Source: the human T2T-CHM13v2.0 reference genome, Homo sapiens
NCBI RefSeq assembly: GCF_009914755.1
Contig: NC_060930.1
DNA: 64,000 nt
Direction: 5' to 3' (one strand)
In this document: piece by piece, positions 26,601 to 40,725 of the stretch
Position numbering within the stretch: the stretch's first letter is position 1
Layout: each line of letters opens with the position of its first letter
Notes under the pieces: model-generated
What the model saw: the letters and a program-made list of their open reading frames with translations, nothing else
The model's database searches: none
What the model was told of the DNA's origin: nothing
Program-made: the position numbers and the translations under genes

Positions 26601-27871
26601 TGACGAGGAAAGAATCTCTCTATAGCAAAAAAGCAGCCAGCCAGGGAAGGAATACTACACCACATCAGCTTGGGCTTACAGGTAAATAAATGGGACTTGT
26701 CTATTAAGATTTATTAAATTCAACAACAAAGTGGCTTTGATCTCACAAGTGAATAAACCAAAACGAATTACTCCTTGAAAAGTAGAAATGAAAAATTATT
26801 ACATTTCTCCTTCCTAATTGGTACATCCATAAGGGAAACATTTAAAAAAAAAAAAAAAACTAAGATAAAAATCAAAAATGTGCCCCAGGAAGAACTATCT
26901 GAACTATATTTGCATGAAATTGTATTCTGTGCTTAAAGCCAATGTTTCCCTAATTTATGTGTTATCCCTCCTTAATTCCTCCTGTCTCCTTTAACAGTCT
27001 TTTACAAATGCATTGACTTCTTCACTAAAATTCTCATGAGGGCAAAAACACAGACAAGATGCCCAATTGTAAAAACTTACTTACGTCTTATATAATCTAC
27101 TGAATAAAATACTGTTAATGAAAAACATCAAAGTGATGCATTTAACCCATGTGGAAGTTAACACCACTTAGCTTCCCTCTTCCTCCCCCGTAATAACAGA
27201 AAAATGAATGACTGAGGTAGGCATTAGTGATAGAGGAGGTGGACATATCTTTCTTTCTAAAATTTAAATTTCTAATTTTCTCTTTTTGAATAATAATCAG
27301 CCAGGTGCCTTTGATCACCAAGGGTAGGTAAAGACAGAAAGTTGAAATACATTCTTCATGAAGTAGCAAAATCATTTTTAAAGTAGGAACTTTGAACTTA
27401 AAATATTACTGTTTATTGTTCATCATACACTTTATGTCTCTTGCTAAATAATAAATTAGACTACATAGAGCTTCCTCCATATATTTATGTCTGCTGAAAA
27501 TATTTGGCTAAATTCATTTTGGAAATACTTCACTTCCATGAAATATTGACATGGCAAAGACCATGTCAGAAACTTTGCCATTTTTCTGTGGAAAATAATA
27601 CACGTGTCAGCCATACATTATTCCTTCCCACACTTTAATGCTTAATGATTAAACATTTGAAAAGTACTATTTCTAAATATTCTTCCAGACTACCTGTCCA
27701 ACACAGAGTTAGCTATTCCAGTGCAAAGTCCTGGCTCCCAGACAACTAAGGGACCTTCGGAAAGGGGTAGAAAATGGCGGCTTCTCACCGGAGCCCTAAA
27801 ACTGAGTAAACTCTAGGAAGCAGAAAAAGTGTAGAAGGGGAAGGAGAAGGAAAGGGAAGGAGTCTGGCATC

Positions 27872-28312
27872 TGTGATGGAGCTGGCCAGGTGTCTACAAA
27901 CTCATTTCTCCTTCTGAGCTCAGGAATAAGCCACATTTGCCACCCATGCCTGGCAGTTAGCAGTGGCCATGAGACTGAGTTCTGGGCTGTGCGGAACGTG
28001 GGCACAAGTGGTGCTCACCACTTCAGGCCTCACCCGTAAAACTCCCTGCACAAACCTGCACATGCTCTGCCTCTCCCAGGGCCACCCAGCAGCAGATCAA
28101 GGGCAGCTCTCTCAGGAGGCGCTGGGGCATGGTGGAGCCGTTGGGCACAAATGTGATATCTAACTTGATTTCTTGCATTTCTCTCAGACTTCTGAATAAC
28201 TGAGGGCAACAGAGCCCCACATTGGATGAGTGATGTCAGAAATACAACTCTGTGTGAAGCCGCTGAGGTGTGGGGTGATTTCTGACAGCAGTAGTCTTCT
28301 CTGGCTAATTCA
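27872..28312 (+). mobile_element. MLT1I/J-like LTR carrying a foreign 42-bp insert
   Basis: 'ggcagttagcagtggccatgagactgagttctggg...ccacttcaggcc...aagccgctgaggtgtgggg...ggctaattca'. Confidence 0.75.
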
Positions 28313-29468
28313 GCGAATAAAGAAATCGAGCGATAAGGACAAGCTCCACTTCTTCATCTAGTCCTGTGAAGCAGTTGATCTTTTTCAATGTCTCAGTTAT
28401 GACATCTCTCATGTGAAAAGCATCAACGCCAGGAGCTTCTCCATGTCCTCTGAGCAAGGGATGCATCCCATCCATTTACAGACTATAAAAACTCAGGGGG
28501 AGGGTTTCATTGCTCAATGAGGGGCTTGAATTTTCTTTGATCCCCTACTGATGGCGAATGATCTCTTTATTCCTTACACGGGGAGGGAGGATGAAACCTG
28601 GGGCAATTACATTAGATTCCGTTGACATGTGAAGCAATTTTGGCAAACCCAGCGAGCCTTTTGGTTGTGATTTATATCTAGTCAGGGAGAAATGACATCT
28701 GGGATGTCTGATTTATTCACTAGCAAAATGCTGGCTGAACCTAAAATAAGAAAATAGAGATTTATGTAACAGATTGCAGAGCCTTAATTTAAGAATGGTT
28801 AGGAAAGCAGCAGACACTCCAAGGCTCCGCTCTGCTTGGAATCACATGCTGCAAGTTAATATTACCTTTCTTAAAGTATTAAGTGACATGTTGAGAATTA
28901 GAGCATTATTTCTTCAAAATTCAACACCTGAATCTTTTCAAGATGACTGTTTCATATCCAAATAAGTCCTGGCATTCCTTTACATATTGACTGCCATAGA
29001 GAAGCAAACAGCTCTGTGAAATTTAGCAGACAGCTACAGTCTATTGTAGTTCTACCTGCAACCCCACAAGCAACTTCATACTAATCTCCATGCCAGGAGA
29101 ACCTGGAAAGTACTGGGACTTGGTGAATAAGGAATTCTGTCCCCTCTGTTAAGAGACCACGTGGAGTCAGCGCCATAATTGTTTCCTCTTCAAAACCTAA
29201 CAAGATTTTTCTGGAAAAGACTCAATGTTGAAAACACCAAAATGCAATTTCTTTCCGGTCTCAGTGCCCACAGTAGATGTGCTCCTGCATGTAGTGCTCA
29301 CTAGACAAGCCACTGATTTATTCTTGCCTGGTGACACAGTCCTGTTTCCCGCTTCCTGCTTTACATTGGCCTTTGGAAAGCTCAGAGTCAAGAGGCAATC
29401 CCCACTGAGAATGCAGAGGACTCCAAGGCACAAATGTGATATCTAACTTGATTCCTTGCATTTCTCTC
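28144..29468 (+). repeat. Dispersed 42-bp direct repeat, copies at 28144-28185 and 29427-29468
   Basis: GGCACAAATGTGATATCTAACTTGATT(T/C)CTTGCATTTCTCTC, 41/42 identical. Confidence 0.97.
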
Positions 29469-29572
29469 TTTTCTGACTTGGTTTCACACGTTCTCATCTA
29501 TGCATCAGTTGATCAAGCAATTCATTTATCATCTCAGCTGGCTGAAATTCTGAATAAGGTGAGGTTATCCAC

Positions 29573-29716
29573 AGAGAGAGAGAAAAATGATATAAAAGAG
29601 AAAAGAATGATGAAATAAGAGGGGAAGAAGAAAGGGAGAGAGAAAGAGAAAGAAGATAGGGAAAGGTGACTGGGCTGGGAAGGATGAATAGGACACAGGG
29701 AGGGATAGAGAGAAAG
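29573..29716. repeat. GA-rich low-complexity tract
   Basis: Purine-rich 'agagagagagaaaa...gggagggatagagagaaag'. Confidence 0.7.
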
Positions 29717-32213
29717 ACACATTCCCCGTTTCCATCAGTGTTCAGCTGGTGAGAAAGCTGAGTGCTTATCAAAGGTTCACTAAACAGGTGGATTTATCTT
29801 TTCCTTTATAGAAAACTAAAGCTCTTGCTATTGTTCCTTTCTTCTTTTAGATTTCCCATATAATGAAGCGATTGCACTGAAGAATCTCTTCCACGATATG
29901 AAATTTTGCTAACTAATCACACCTTCCTTGATGTTACGATTTGGAAAGAGTCATTGTTGTAAAAATTGGGGATGAGATTTTTGTCCCTAGCAAGTGTAAC
30001 CTTGGTAAGCCTGCTTAGGCTGTTTAGTTGCCCCCTTTCAATGTTACTAACTATTGGAGACAGACTATCCAGCATCTCAGGGAGCATGGTTTCAGCTTCT
30101 TTACACCCTTCACTCTGGGCAGCACAGCTCCTACGATGAATGGTGACATAAGTAAAGTACTTCCTGCCTGCCTCTCCTTTTTATGAACTTGGCCCTTTGT
30201 CAGGCATAGCATACCATCTTGCTGACCTTGAATAATTCCTTGGTGTGACCTTGGGCCTCTGTGTCTGCATCTAACACAACAAGACCCACCTGGGAAGAGG
30301 GCCTGATTTTTTTCTCCTACCAAAACTAAGTGCTTCTTTCTTCTCTTTGGAAAAATATTTAGTAAATGATTTCAACCTTATGTGCTAACAGGTTCCAATC
30401 CAAGTTCTTAAGGCAAGGACGGGAGCAAGATAGAGCTGCAGAATCTGTCAATATGGACTTTTATGGGAAGATGAAAAGCATGTCCTGAAAACTCAGGCAG
30501 GGATCATTGAAGGTGAGCTGTGTGCCTTCCTGGTTGCCCATCTCTCGAGGTGCTTGATCATGGACATTAGGTTGTAAATTTCTTCCAGCTATATCTATCT
30601 ATTTAACAATGCATTTTCTTTAGCCAAAGTAATGCTTCTATAGTGCATATGAAATTTAGTCCACAAAAATTAGAGTGCAATAAATGTCACATTTATTTCT
30701 TTTCTTAATTTATTACAAGTTTCCTTTTCTTTTTTTTTCTTTTCTTTCTTTTTCTTTATGAAAAATCCAATCATGATCATTATTTGGGGTTTCATTCCCA
30801 CCTTCCCAGTCAAGCAAAGTTCCTTGTGGTCCTAGGCACTTGGCAGTGTTAGGTGAGGGCACCTGGTCTTCTGTTCATATGTGCTCATCACTGGCGTGCT
30901 TGCTTCCCAAGCCCAAGAGGAGTTTCAGCTTCCATGCCAAGCAAGGACACTGAGCTCGGCATTTATGTTTAGTCCACTCTCCCAGCCCCTGAGCTATCCT
31001 CCTTCTGGGGCTCTGTATATAAGCGTATGATGGGGTAGGCTGTAACACTTTCTTGGGCCTCCGGTTTCCTTCTCTCCTTTTCAGCCCAGTCAGTTCTGTC
31101 TTTTGAACTCAGAGCACTACAATTCATCCACCCACTCCTCTCCCAGGACCTTCTAGTGTAACAAGACTGAGTTCTCACAGTGACCCCTAAGCATCTAAGA
31201 AGGATTGCCTTCTTTGCCTGGTTACTCCCACTTTCCTCCCTGTGCCACATGTGTGCTTCCAAAATGAGGCCCGACTACAAGAATCAAGTAACAGTCAACA
31301 ACTCAATCAACTGTCCCTCCACCAACAACCAGAGACAGATGAAGTGACATCTGCAGCTGAGGAGCTGACATAGAAGAAAACATGGGGCAGCATGGGCTCG
31401 TGACTCCCCACCCCACTCCACTTGAAGGAGGAACCCCGGCCACGCATATCCAAGCAAGAGGAGAAGAGATCCTCTCTGGGAAAAGAACCCAGTTTGGTTG
31501 TGTAAAGAACAAAGCTTTTGACTGAGAAAAATCTGGGCTCAAATATGGGTTCTACCCTTTAGAACCCCTGAGATATTATGCAAATTAATCCCTACTCTGC
31601 TTCTTGGCAGAGTCCTTTCTGTAAAATGGTAGGTATTCCTTCCTTGCAAAGTCCCCATGAGGAGCCTAGGAGTTCCTGCTCTCCTTGACACCTCTCCCAA
31701 ATGCAATAAATTACTCGCTAAGATACTTGGGGGATGGACAGGAAATGGCAGAAAGGCCAGGGGAGACATCCTAGGAGTCCAAAGATTTTTCTGCTACAGC
31801 CCAGTATCTTATTATGCTCCACATGCCAGATCAAGCAAGTGAGAGGAGACAGACATGCTAGGAGCGCAGGTCCACTATTCTCTACCCACTCTCCTCTCCT
31901 GGTGTCCCAGAAGGTGATCCTGTCAAATACAGTGTCATGGGTCAACCTCAAAGCCTAGGAGTCACTCAGGCCTCAGTAGAATCTCAACACCATCACAGAG
32001 GGTGAGTGAGCCTACTGATGTGTGATACAGGGACCATCCTACTTATGACATAGAATTATTGTAAGAAAAAATGAGATGACACAGAAAGGTCTCACCCAGT
32101 GACAATACTAGTGTCACTCTTCTTTTTCTTATTAACATCTTCTGTCCACTCGCTAAGAAATCTTTCAATAAATAACATCTGTTATGAGATTTTTCCTTTT
32201 CCTTCTTGTTTAG

Positions 32214-32453
<240 letters not shown>

Positions 32454-33199
32454 AAACAAGTTTTTTAGCCTCTTTCTGAGTATGTTCAACAGTGTGTGAA
32501 TTCCATTAATCCACTAACTTGGAATCTAAATAATCTCCAGCCATTCCAAAGCAGCTCCAAAATATAAGAATCCACTAACAACAGATCTGCTTCCATGGAG
32601 CTAAGAGTGAACATCCCGACACACACTGCAAAGCAAACTGTGTGCAGGGTATATGCTTATAAACAGTCTCACCTTCACCCAGGATACCATCTTTTATTAT
32701 TATTATTACTCTCTGTTTTCCTCTTGAATGCTGACAAGTTGCACTAGGTATTTCCTTCTCTCTTAGATACGAAAATAAAGCCTCTTCCAAACTTCTGGCT
32801 GTTGAGCTGCTATGCCAGGGTGTCAGAGCCAGCCCCTGAGTCACTCAGCCGAAAGCCAAGCTGAGGGGAGGTGGTTTTCATTGCAGGAACTTGGGTTAGC
32901 TTCCTGGAGACAAAACACAGCGACATCAATAAATAGGGTAGAAAGGAGGCAGTGATAAAAGGTGAATTTAAACCTCAGTTTCAATATTAGCTAAAAAGCA
33001 TACAATAGTTAAACATAGCTATACAATAGAATGCATTTCTATACAGTGGAAGAAAAAGGTCAAAGTCAAAGGCAGAACAGGCTTTGATTCTTCCATACAC
33101 GCAGTCTACATGGACAGAAATAGCATTTTCTTAAATCCACAGCCTTTTTATGGCAATAGCCCAGCCTGTTTCTAATGGGTATTTTCAAGTTCCTTTTTT

Positions 33200-33690
33200 T
33201 CATTCATTCTGTAAATATTTATAAGTGCCTCCTATGTACCAGATGCTGGGGATACTACAGAGAAGAAGACACTGAAGTTCCCTGACTTCATGGAGTGTCT
33301 ATTTTACCGGAAAAGATAGATTATAAACAATGCACACCAAGGGATGATGAACAAACTGTGACCCTGGGAAAGTGTCTTAATCATCCTATGCCACCTATTT
33401 CTCATCTGCTTAAGGGGGCTGCTAATAGTCCCGACATGACTTGGTGTGTAGGCTTGGCGTGCGGATGAATGAGTGTTATGTGTTTGAGGCTAAGCACAGT
33501 GCCTGGCTCTGGGTCAGCTTTGCCCATGTGCAGGCTGTTATAGCCCCATTGGAATGGAAGCTCAGAGAGTAGGGACCTCTTGTCTGTTTTGTCCATTGTC
33601 ATCCCAGTGCTTAGAACCATGCCTGAAATAAAATAAACACGTGCTCAATCAATAGTTGTTGAATGACTGAAATTTTAAAGAGTGATAGAA
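33200..33690. mobile_element. Cluster of old fragments: L2 (-), MIR (+), L2 3' end (+)
   Basis: 'cattcattctgtaaatatttataagtgcctcctatgtaccagatgctgggg'; 'aagcacagtgcctggc'; 'gtgctcaatcaatagttgttgaatgactg'. Confidence 0.65.
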
Positions 33691-34773
33691 GAGAGGACAG
33701 GGAGAGCAGGAAGCGGGGATAGCAGAGCCAGGATAACCTCTCTGGGGAGAGATAGGAGAAGAATATTTCAGAAAGAAGGAATGAGTACAAATGCACTGAG
33801 GCAGGAAAAGCTTGCTGTGTTCCAGGGTCTCCCGAACACTCCAGGGTGAGCACATGCGTCTCCGTGGTTGCGGGATCCTCTGGTTCCACCACTGTCCATC
33901 TCCAGCCTTTTCCTTCCCTCCTTACTACTTAGTTTATTTCCCCCACACTGCAGCATACGAATTCTCTCAGTTGAAATATATCTTACTATTTCCTTTAAGG
34001 AATAATAGTAGAACATAGAGGGAGACAGTAGGAAGTGAAAGAACACAGATCTCTCAAAAATTTCAGCTCTCCGCAGACTCAGATGAACCTGGTTGGTTGC
34101 AGTGTAGTCATGCTGGAGTTTCCAGACATCTCTCTGTATCTTTTATCCCTGTGTTTCATGCCCCTTCCTGAGGACGTTTAACAACTTGGGATTCCCAAGA
34201 CTTGCCGTTAAGTCTTTAAGTGGGGAGGTCGCATCGCATTTCACAAACTCATTCCTCAGTAAGGGATGTTCATCCTATGTGTTTCCATCCCTCTAGGCTC
34301 AAAATTGTTCTAAAAGAATTGCTGAGGTGTCTTCAGAAATTCTCATATTTTCTCAAAGGAGAAAGTGGTATTTATTTTCTTATAATAAATAAAGCAGACT
34401 TTCCTCTGTTTTATGATGAGGCAATATGTAATCTAATAGGATGTGCCTGTGACTGGAAAGACCGGAGTGAAGAAGAACCCTTGACTCCTCCTGAGAGCTC
34501 CTTAAGTGTTCAGGCCACAGATGTACCCATCCAGGCAGTGAGAGGCACCAGCCATCACACAGTTCCCAAAACTGTTCAATTCCCCCAACACTCTTGCTGT
34601 CAGCCTTTGTAAATTAGTTGCTTCCTAGCCATGCTGAGGAAAGAAGAGGAGTCAGTGAAGAGATTAAATGTGTCATTCTCTCTGGTAGCCCATGGAAAAG
34701 GAAAGAGCAAGAGAAACTTTAAGTGGGATCTCTGCTGGCTTCTTTGTCATGGTTTTGCAATATCCAGGATATG

Positions 34774-35173
<400 letters not shown>

Positions 35174-37563
35174 TCCAGGATATGTTCATCAAATTGAGAA
35201 ATGAAATTCCCTTGGGAGTGGATAAAAATGTTTCCATTATATAATATTTTCTTACTGAAAACCAGTAGAGATCCCTTCTTTCCTTTTTCCAAGACTAAGT
35301 GGGTGTACTTGTATAAATGCCCAACTGGGAGCTGAGGCTTGGGGTTCTAGTCTTGGGGATGACATTTTGTTCCTTGAGAAGTCCCCATGGCCTCGGCATC
35401 CTTGCCTATAAAATAAAAGGCCCTGGGCTTGGTGTCTGTTCAGCTCTCGCACATTCCATGGGTCTATTTAACAAGCATCAACTTGCAGGTGTTCATGTGG
35501 CACACCCAAAAGGGAATTTGTCCTGTTCTGGCTCCATTTAGTGAAGCCTGTTCTGTACTGTTTCTGCCAATGTCAATTGGACCTACCTAGTTCACACATC
35601 TTTCTGTAGCAAGTCCAGGTAGGATTATGTTTTATTAGATTTTTAAAGGAGAAAAAAATCTATGAATGCACTGTGGATCTTTGTGTGTAAGCAGAATGTT
35701 AATAAGCTGTGTATCTTATGTTCTACGGCATCAGTTTATTAACGCTATGTTTACACATGAAGATCCAGAGTTGCATCAACTAGCAACAATCACTGCACGC
35801 ATATAACTATAGGGTGGTTTGCTGTAGTACCTCCAATCTTTCCAACATGTTAATATAAACACTTAGACAGATACCTGGAAGGCAAATATTTCTGTCATGG
35901 TTCTGTTCTCATCTTCGTTTTATAGGCCTCGTTCAGAACAGGGCAGGAATCCTCCTGTATTCCATACCAGTGTGTATGTGACCTTCTTTATAGACAGATT
36001 GGGAGAATTCTTAGTGGCTTCTATGATTTCACAACATTCACACATTAAAGTTCAGAGTCTTCATCAGTTGTCTTTATATAACTCTAGCTATTTCTATTCC
36101 TACTTGTGAATGCACAGACTTATGCAAATGCAAGACGATGGAAAGCATGGCTCGCCTCCAGGGCCCACTCTACAACGTGGGATTGCTGCCACTTGCCTGC
36201 TACAAAAAATACCTTCTTTTCTGTGCCCGCAGCCACGGAAGGGCTTCTATGGACCTTCCTGCCTTTTGGCATGAAAAGAACGTCTGAATTGAATACTGTC
36301 TAAAAGAATGCTTCCCAACTATGTGGAAGGTATTACCCCAAGGTGACTTCCTGAGTCACACCAGCCAATGGCCCCAGAAAGACAGCAGCTATGAATCAAG
36401 CCATGAACTTTCTGGTCACAGGGAGTTTCTTGTTTAACTATTTTACCCCCACTTACTCCAAATTATACTCTCTTGGTTGTCAGGAATCTGTCTTCTTTAG
36501 CTTAAGCACACAGTGATTCGTCACTTATTGGGAACTACAGAAGAGGAAACTCAGTAAAACCTCCTGTTAAAAGTTGACCCAGAATTATGTAAGTGGGTGA
36601 AATGAATAGCAGAAACAGATGACTTTAGTGTCTCTCATCTGCTCATTACCTGCAGGGCAGATGCATGTATTTGTGACTATTGCAGCATAAGCTCCATTTT
36701 TCATTTACCACATCCTTTGACCCCCTTCATTGCATTAGAGATCCTTAAGTTCCCTTTCTTGGAAAGCTATATATAATCTCAACATTCCTCAATTTCCATC
36801 CTGTGCTTCTCATGTGATCAACAAAAATATATCAATTCTTGTAAAACTGTGAAAGCTACTTCTTGTTTCTATGAAAACTGGGATTTGTTCTCAGCCTCTC
36901 CTTGCAATGTATCCCCATGCCCACTCCCTTCCAAATGTGTGACTTCAGTTCATTATTCTTATCATCTGTTACTTTCACTGTAGATATTTATTCAATTTCA
37001 ATCTTAGAACTCATCTGTTTGTGGTGCATGTAGATCTACTTAACCTTACCCAAGAGTTTGTCACTAAAAATGAAATTGTCTTTGAATCATTTACTCCGTA
37101 AATCTCCAGGAAACATAGATGATGGCCTCCATCTCCTATGACAGATAATATTCTTGTCCTGGATTACCCTACTTGACTTGCACAAAAAAAACCTACCCAA
37201 GCACTCACCATTCCTTTATGCTCAGCACAGTCCCCGCATGGAGGCTTCCATGAGGACCCTTGCCTTTATGGGTCACCTCTCCACTGCAATCCCAGAGCAT
37301 CGATGGCACAGCACTCAGACAGATCCTGCATCATACTGACCAGTGCTGCTCTGTGTGAGGTACTCCTGTCTTGCCAATTACATTAGTATTTTCTTGATGT
37401 CTGTGTAATGTTACTAGATCTTGGTGTCTTCCCTGGACCTCTACCTCCTCCCCTATAAAGAATAAAATGAACTCTCTTCTGAGATCCCCCATCTATTTTC
37501 CCTCTAGAATGATGACTTTTCCCTGTAGAAAAATGAATGTAATTTTTTTTCTGACATTCCTTG

Positions 37564-37922
37564 TGTATTAGTCTGTTCTCATGCAGTTAATAAAGACACA
37601 CCCAAGACTAGGTAATTTATAAGGAAAGAGGTTTAATTGTCTTATAGTTCCACATGTCTGGGGAGGCCTCACAATCACGGCAGAAGGTGAGTGAGAAGCA
37701 AAGTCACATCTTACATGGTGGCAGGTAAGAGGGCGTGTTCAGGGAAACTTCCCTTTATAAAACCATCAGATCTTGTGAGACTTATTCACTATCACAAGAA
37801 CAACACAGGAAAAACTCAGCCCCATGACTTGATTACCTCCCACCAGGTCCCTCCCACAACACATGAGGATTATTACACTTCAAGGTGACATTTGGGTCGG
37901 GACACAGAGTCAAACCATATCA
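37564..37922 (-). mobile_element. THE1 (B/C-like) solo LTR
   Basis: 'tgtattagtctgttctcatgc...agtcaaaccatatca'; TSD CCTTG/CCTGG (4/5). Confidence 0.92.
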
Positions 37923-40120
37923 CCTGGCTGTACTACTATTAAATAGATTGTAAACTCATAGAAAGTGAGTCAATGCTTCATTCACCTTTCTATCATCTAT
38001 GCTCAGTGCAGAACTTTTAGGAAGTGTTTGTTCCATATGGAAGGGGTAAATGGGTAATAACCAGTTGTTGAGATTTTTAAATCCCTTGTAGTGTTTTAAC
38101 ATTCAACTTATTAAATGTTAGAGAATCAATAAACACTGCACATCAACAGTTCAGTCTTATCTTTTTGACTGGCCAAAGTTATTTTCCCTGCCCAGATTTT
38201 CCCAAATGAGTAAAGCATTCAATTATGTGCAAGAGATACTCGGTCATTGCTAAGATGCAAATAAAATGTAGCACTCTGCACTGAGAAATGTGACCTGAAA
38301 ATAGTTGCTAGTTTATACATAATATGCCTAGAGAGGTGCAGAAATGTTCAGTGACTTCTATGTGCTTGATGGCTCCAAGAGAGACATCAAAGTATCATTA
38401 TAAAAAAAAAAAACGGCTGCTAAATGTGAAAAGCTAACAGTCAGCCATGGCTCCTGCTGAGGGTCTGCCTCATGGCTGGTATCAGGGAGAGATATTTTCT
38501 TTGTGTCATCAAAGTTGACAGTGAATATTAAAGTGGTCTTTCACCTTGCCTGAGACCTCTGACAAAATACCTCTCTATCTCTTCTTTCTATGCTCACAGC
38601 AAAAGAGCTAACCTAAAAATCACATCAGTGGGTTCAACCCACTGTTATTTCAAAGTGCAACCCACATGTGAGAAAGGGGCCTGTGGCAAGCCGTGCAAGG
38701 TATTAAAACCGTGACTCACTGCCAGACAGAAAAAAAGTATTCTCTCCACAGAAATTCAGTACCATGTTATTGCTAAAATTAAAAAAAAATTAAACCCTCA
38801 AAACAAGCCTGTGATGTATTTGTATAAATGGTGGCATTAGAACATAAATCTGCAAAAAGGTCTAATTTTTCAGTAAATTCACAGAAGAACATAAGATCAT
38901 ATCAAAAAGCAGAAGCAAAACGGAAGAGATGCATCTGAAAAATGCTTTCTTTAACTGAATGAAGTCATAGAGTTATGAGAAGGGAAGGACAGTCTGGCTT
39001 TCTTGGCAAGGCTGTATGTAAACCAAGTTTGGAAGTAATTTTAAAAAGATTATCATTCCACAAAAAATATATCAGCTGCATCATTTTCAACAGCAGTTAC
39101 TCTGCACCGTGGACAGAGATCCCTCCTTGTGTCCCTCTGGCTCATCACAGGGATTGAGAGTTGGTAATAGGAACCACAGTCCCTGTGTTGCACATGGTAC
39201 AAAGACTCTCACTTCACATTTTATAGCAAACCAACCAGTCTTCCTGAGAGTTTACAATCCTGTATCCAAAACATATGCATGATCAAATGAGGCAACAATT
39301 CAGGAATAAAATCAATCTTACAATTAGAAAATATTGCTTTATCTTTTATTTCATGCAGGTAGTGGCTGAAGACTGTTGAGAGCAAGGGAAGATCAATAAG
39401 TGTCTCCACAATGTCAAAAGAGGTTGAAGAATGAAAGATTCACTTAGTCTCTCAGTTGTTTATGTTGGTGGTGAAAACAAATATTTGACTCTTTGTGAGC
39501 TGAATTGGTCCCTTTGAAAATTGCAAAGTGTAACTTGGAGGAATGATGAGCACACAATTACTTAAAATGGCAAAAAGGAGTGTAAACATATGGGTAAGAA
39601 TAATGGAGAACTCTGGAGTGGAGGCTGCAGAATGTGGTGGAAAACGCAGTTTCACATGCTTACCAACCAGCTGAGAGCAATTTCTAAGAGCACCACCCAA
39701 AGAACCATGAGGCTCTAGCGGCAGATGTTTGCTTCAGGAGCCAGAGCTCATGATTGGCAGCTCACTTCAGGAGGCTGTGTGAAATGCATCCACATTTGGT
39801 CCAGAGCAAGCCTGTGGAGCTTTAAGCATATAACTGATTTAAGCAGGAAACCCTAATGCAAAAAGTTAAGTAAATTTAATATTAACTGAAAGTTCCTTAA
39901 AGAAAAACACCATCAGATGGATCTGGAAAAATTTGGAGGAAGATCTGTGGTGTCACAAAGATCTGTCCTGGGCCTTGTTGTGTTCACCATTTCTCTGTGA
40001 TTCATATGATAATATAGATGCTATTTCTATCATTTACAGAAAATTTTTTAAAAAACATTGAATTGAGGTCTGAAATTATCTCAAAGGCTGGGACAATGGG
40101 CCGAATCCAACACCAGTAAA

Positions 40121-40362
40121 TCTCACTCCTCCTTCAGGACCTAACTGAAATCATATTTCTTCAGCAAGTTCTTCCCCAATCATTAGACCAGGCAAGGTCT
40201 CTCATGTGCTTCTGGAGTATCTTGTCCTGTCCCTTTCTTTGTGTGCAAATCATAAATTTGTTGAGGGCAGGAGAACAAGTCTATCTCATTCACCATTGAA
40301 CTCCTAGTGCTCATAGCAGTTCCTGGCACATAACAAGTGTTTCAAACAAATTCTTTGAGTTA
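40121..40362 (+). mobile_element. L2 3' fragment inside the L3
   Basis: 'ttgagggcaggagaacaagtctatctcattcaccattgaactcctagtgctcatagcagttcctggcacataac'. Confidence 0.75.
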
Positions 40363-40725
40363 AAAAAGAATATACAAAATGTCATGCATTTTGGCTAAAG
40401 GCATTAGTGTGTGATTAGAAGATGTAGCAGGGGGGTGGTGGAGATTGTGATTGCTAAAGAGTAGCAGATACAACAGCAAGACATAGAAACCTCACTATAT
40501 CAACAATAAGTCAAGACCTCAAACAGTTAGTACAGCACAATAAATTCAAAATTCCACCAAAAAAGAAGGAGATAGTACACTTCCAGTCATCCTTGAAATT
40601 GTGTATGCAGTTCTGGGGAAAATGACAAACTGAAATTAATCCAGAGGCAAGCTAACATGATAGTTGGGCCTGTGAACCATGAAAGAGGCCTAAACCTCTG
40701 AGGCTAATTAAAACCAAAAAAAAAA

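Noticed and set aside
28144-29468. The 42-bp repeats as TSD or terminal repeats of a novel 1.2-kb mobile element, or as a CRISPR-like repeat
   Set aside because: Too long for a TSD, only two copies, and the MLT1 LTR continues into the interval, so the interval is not a discrete insert
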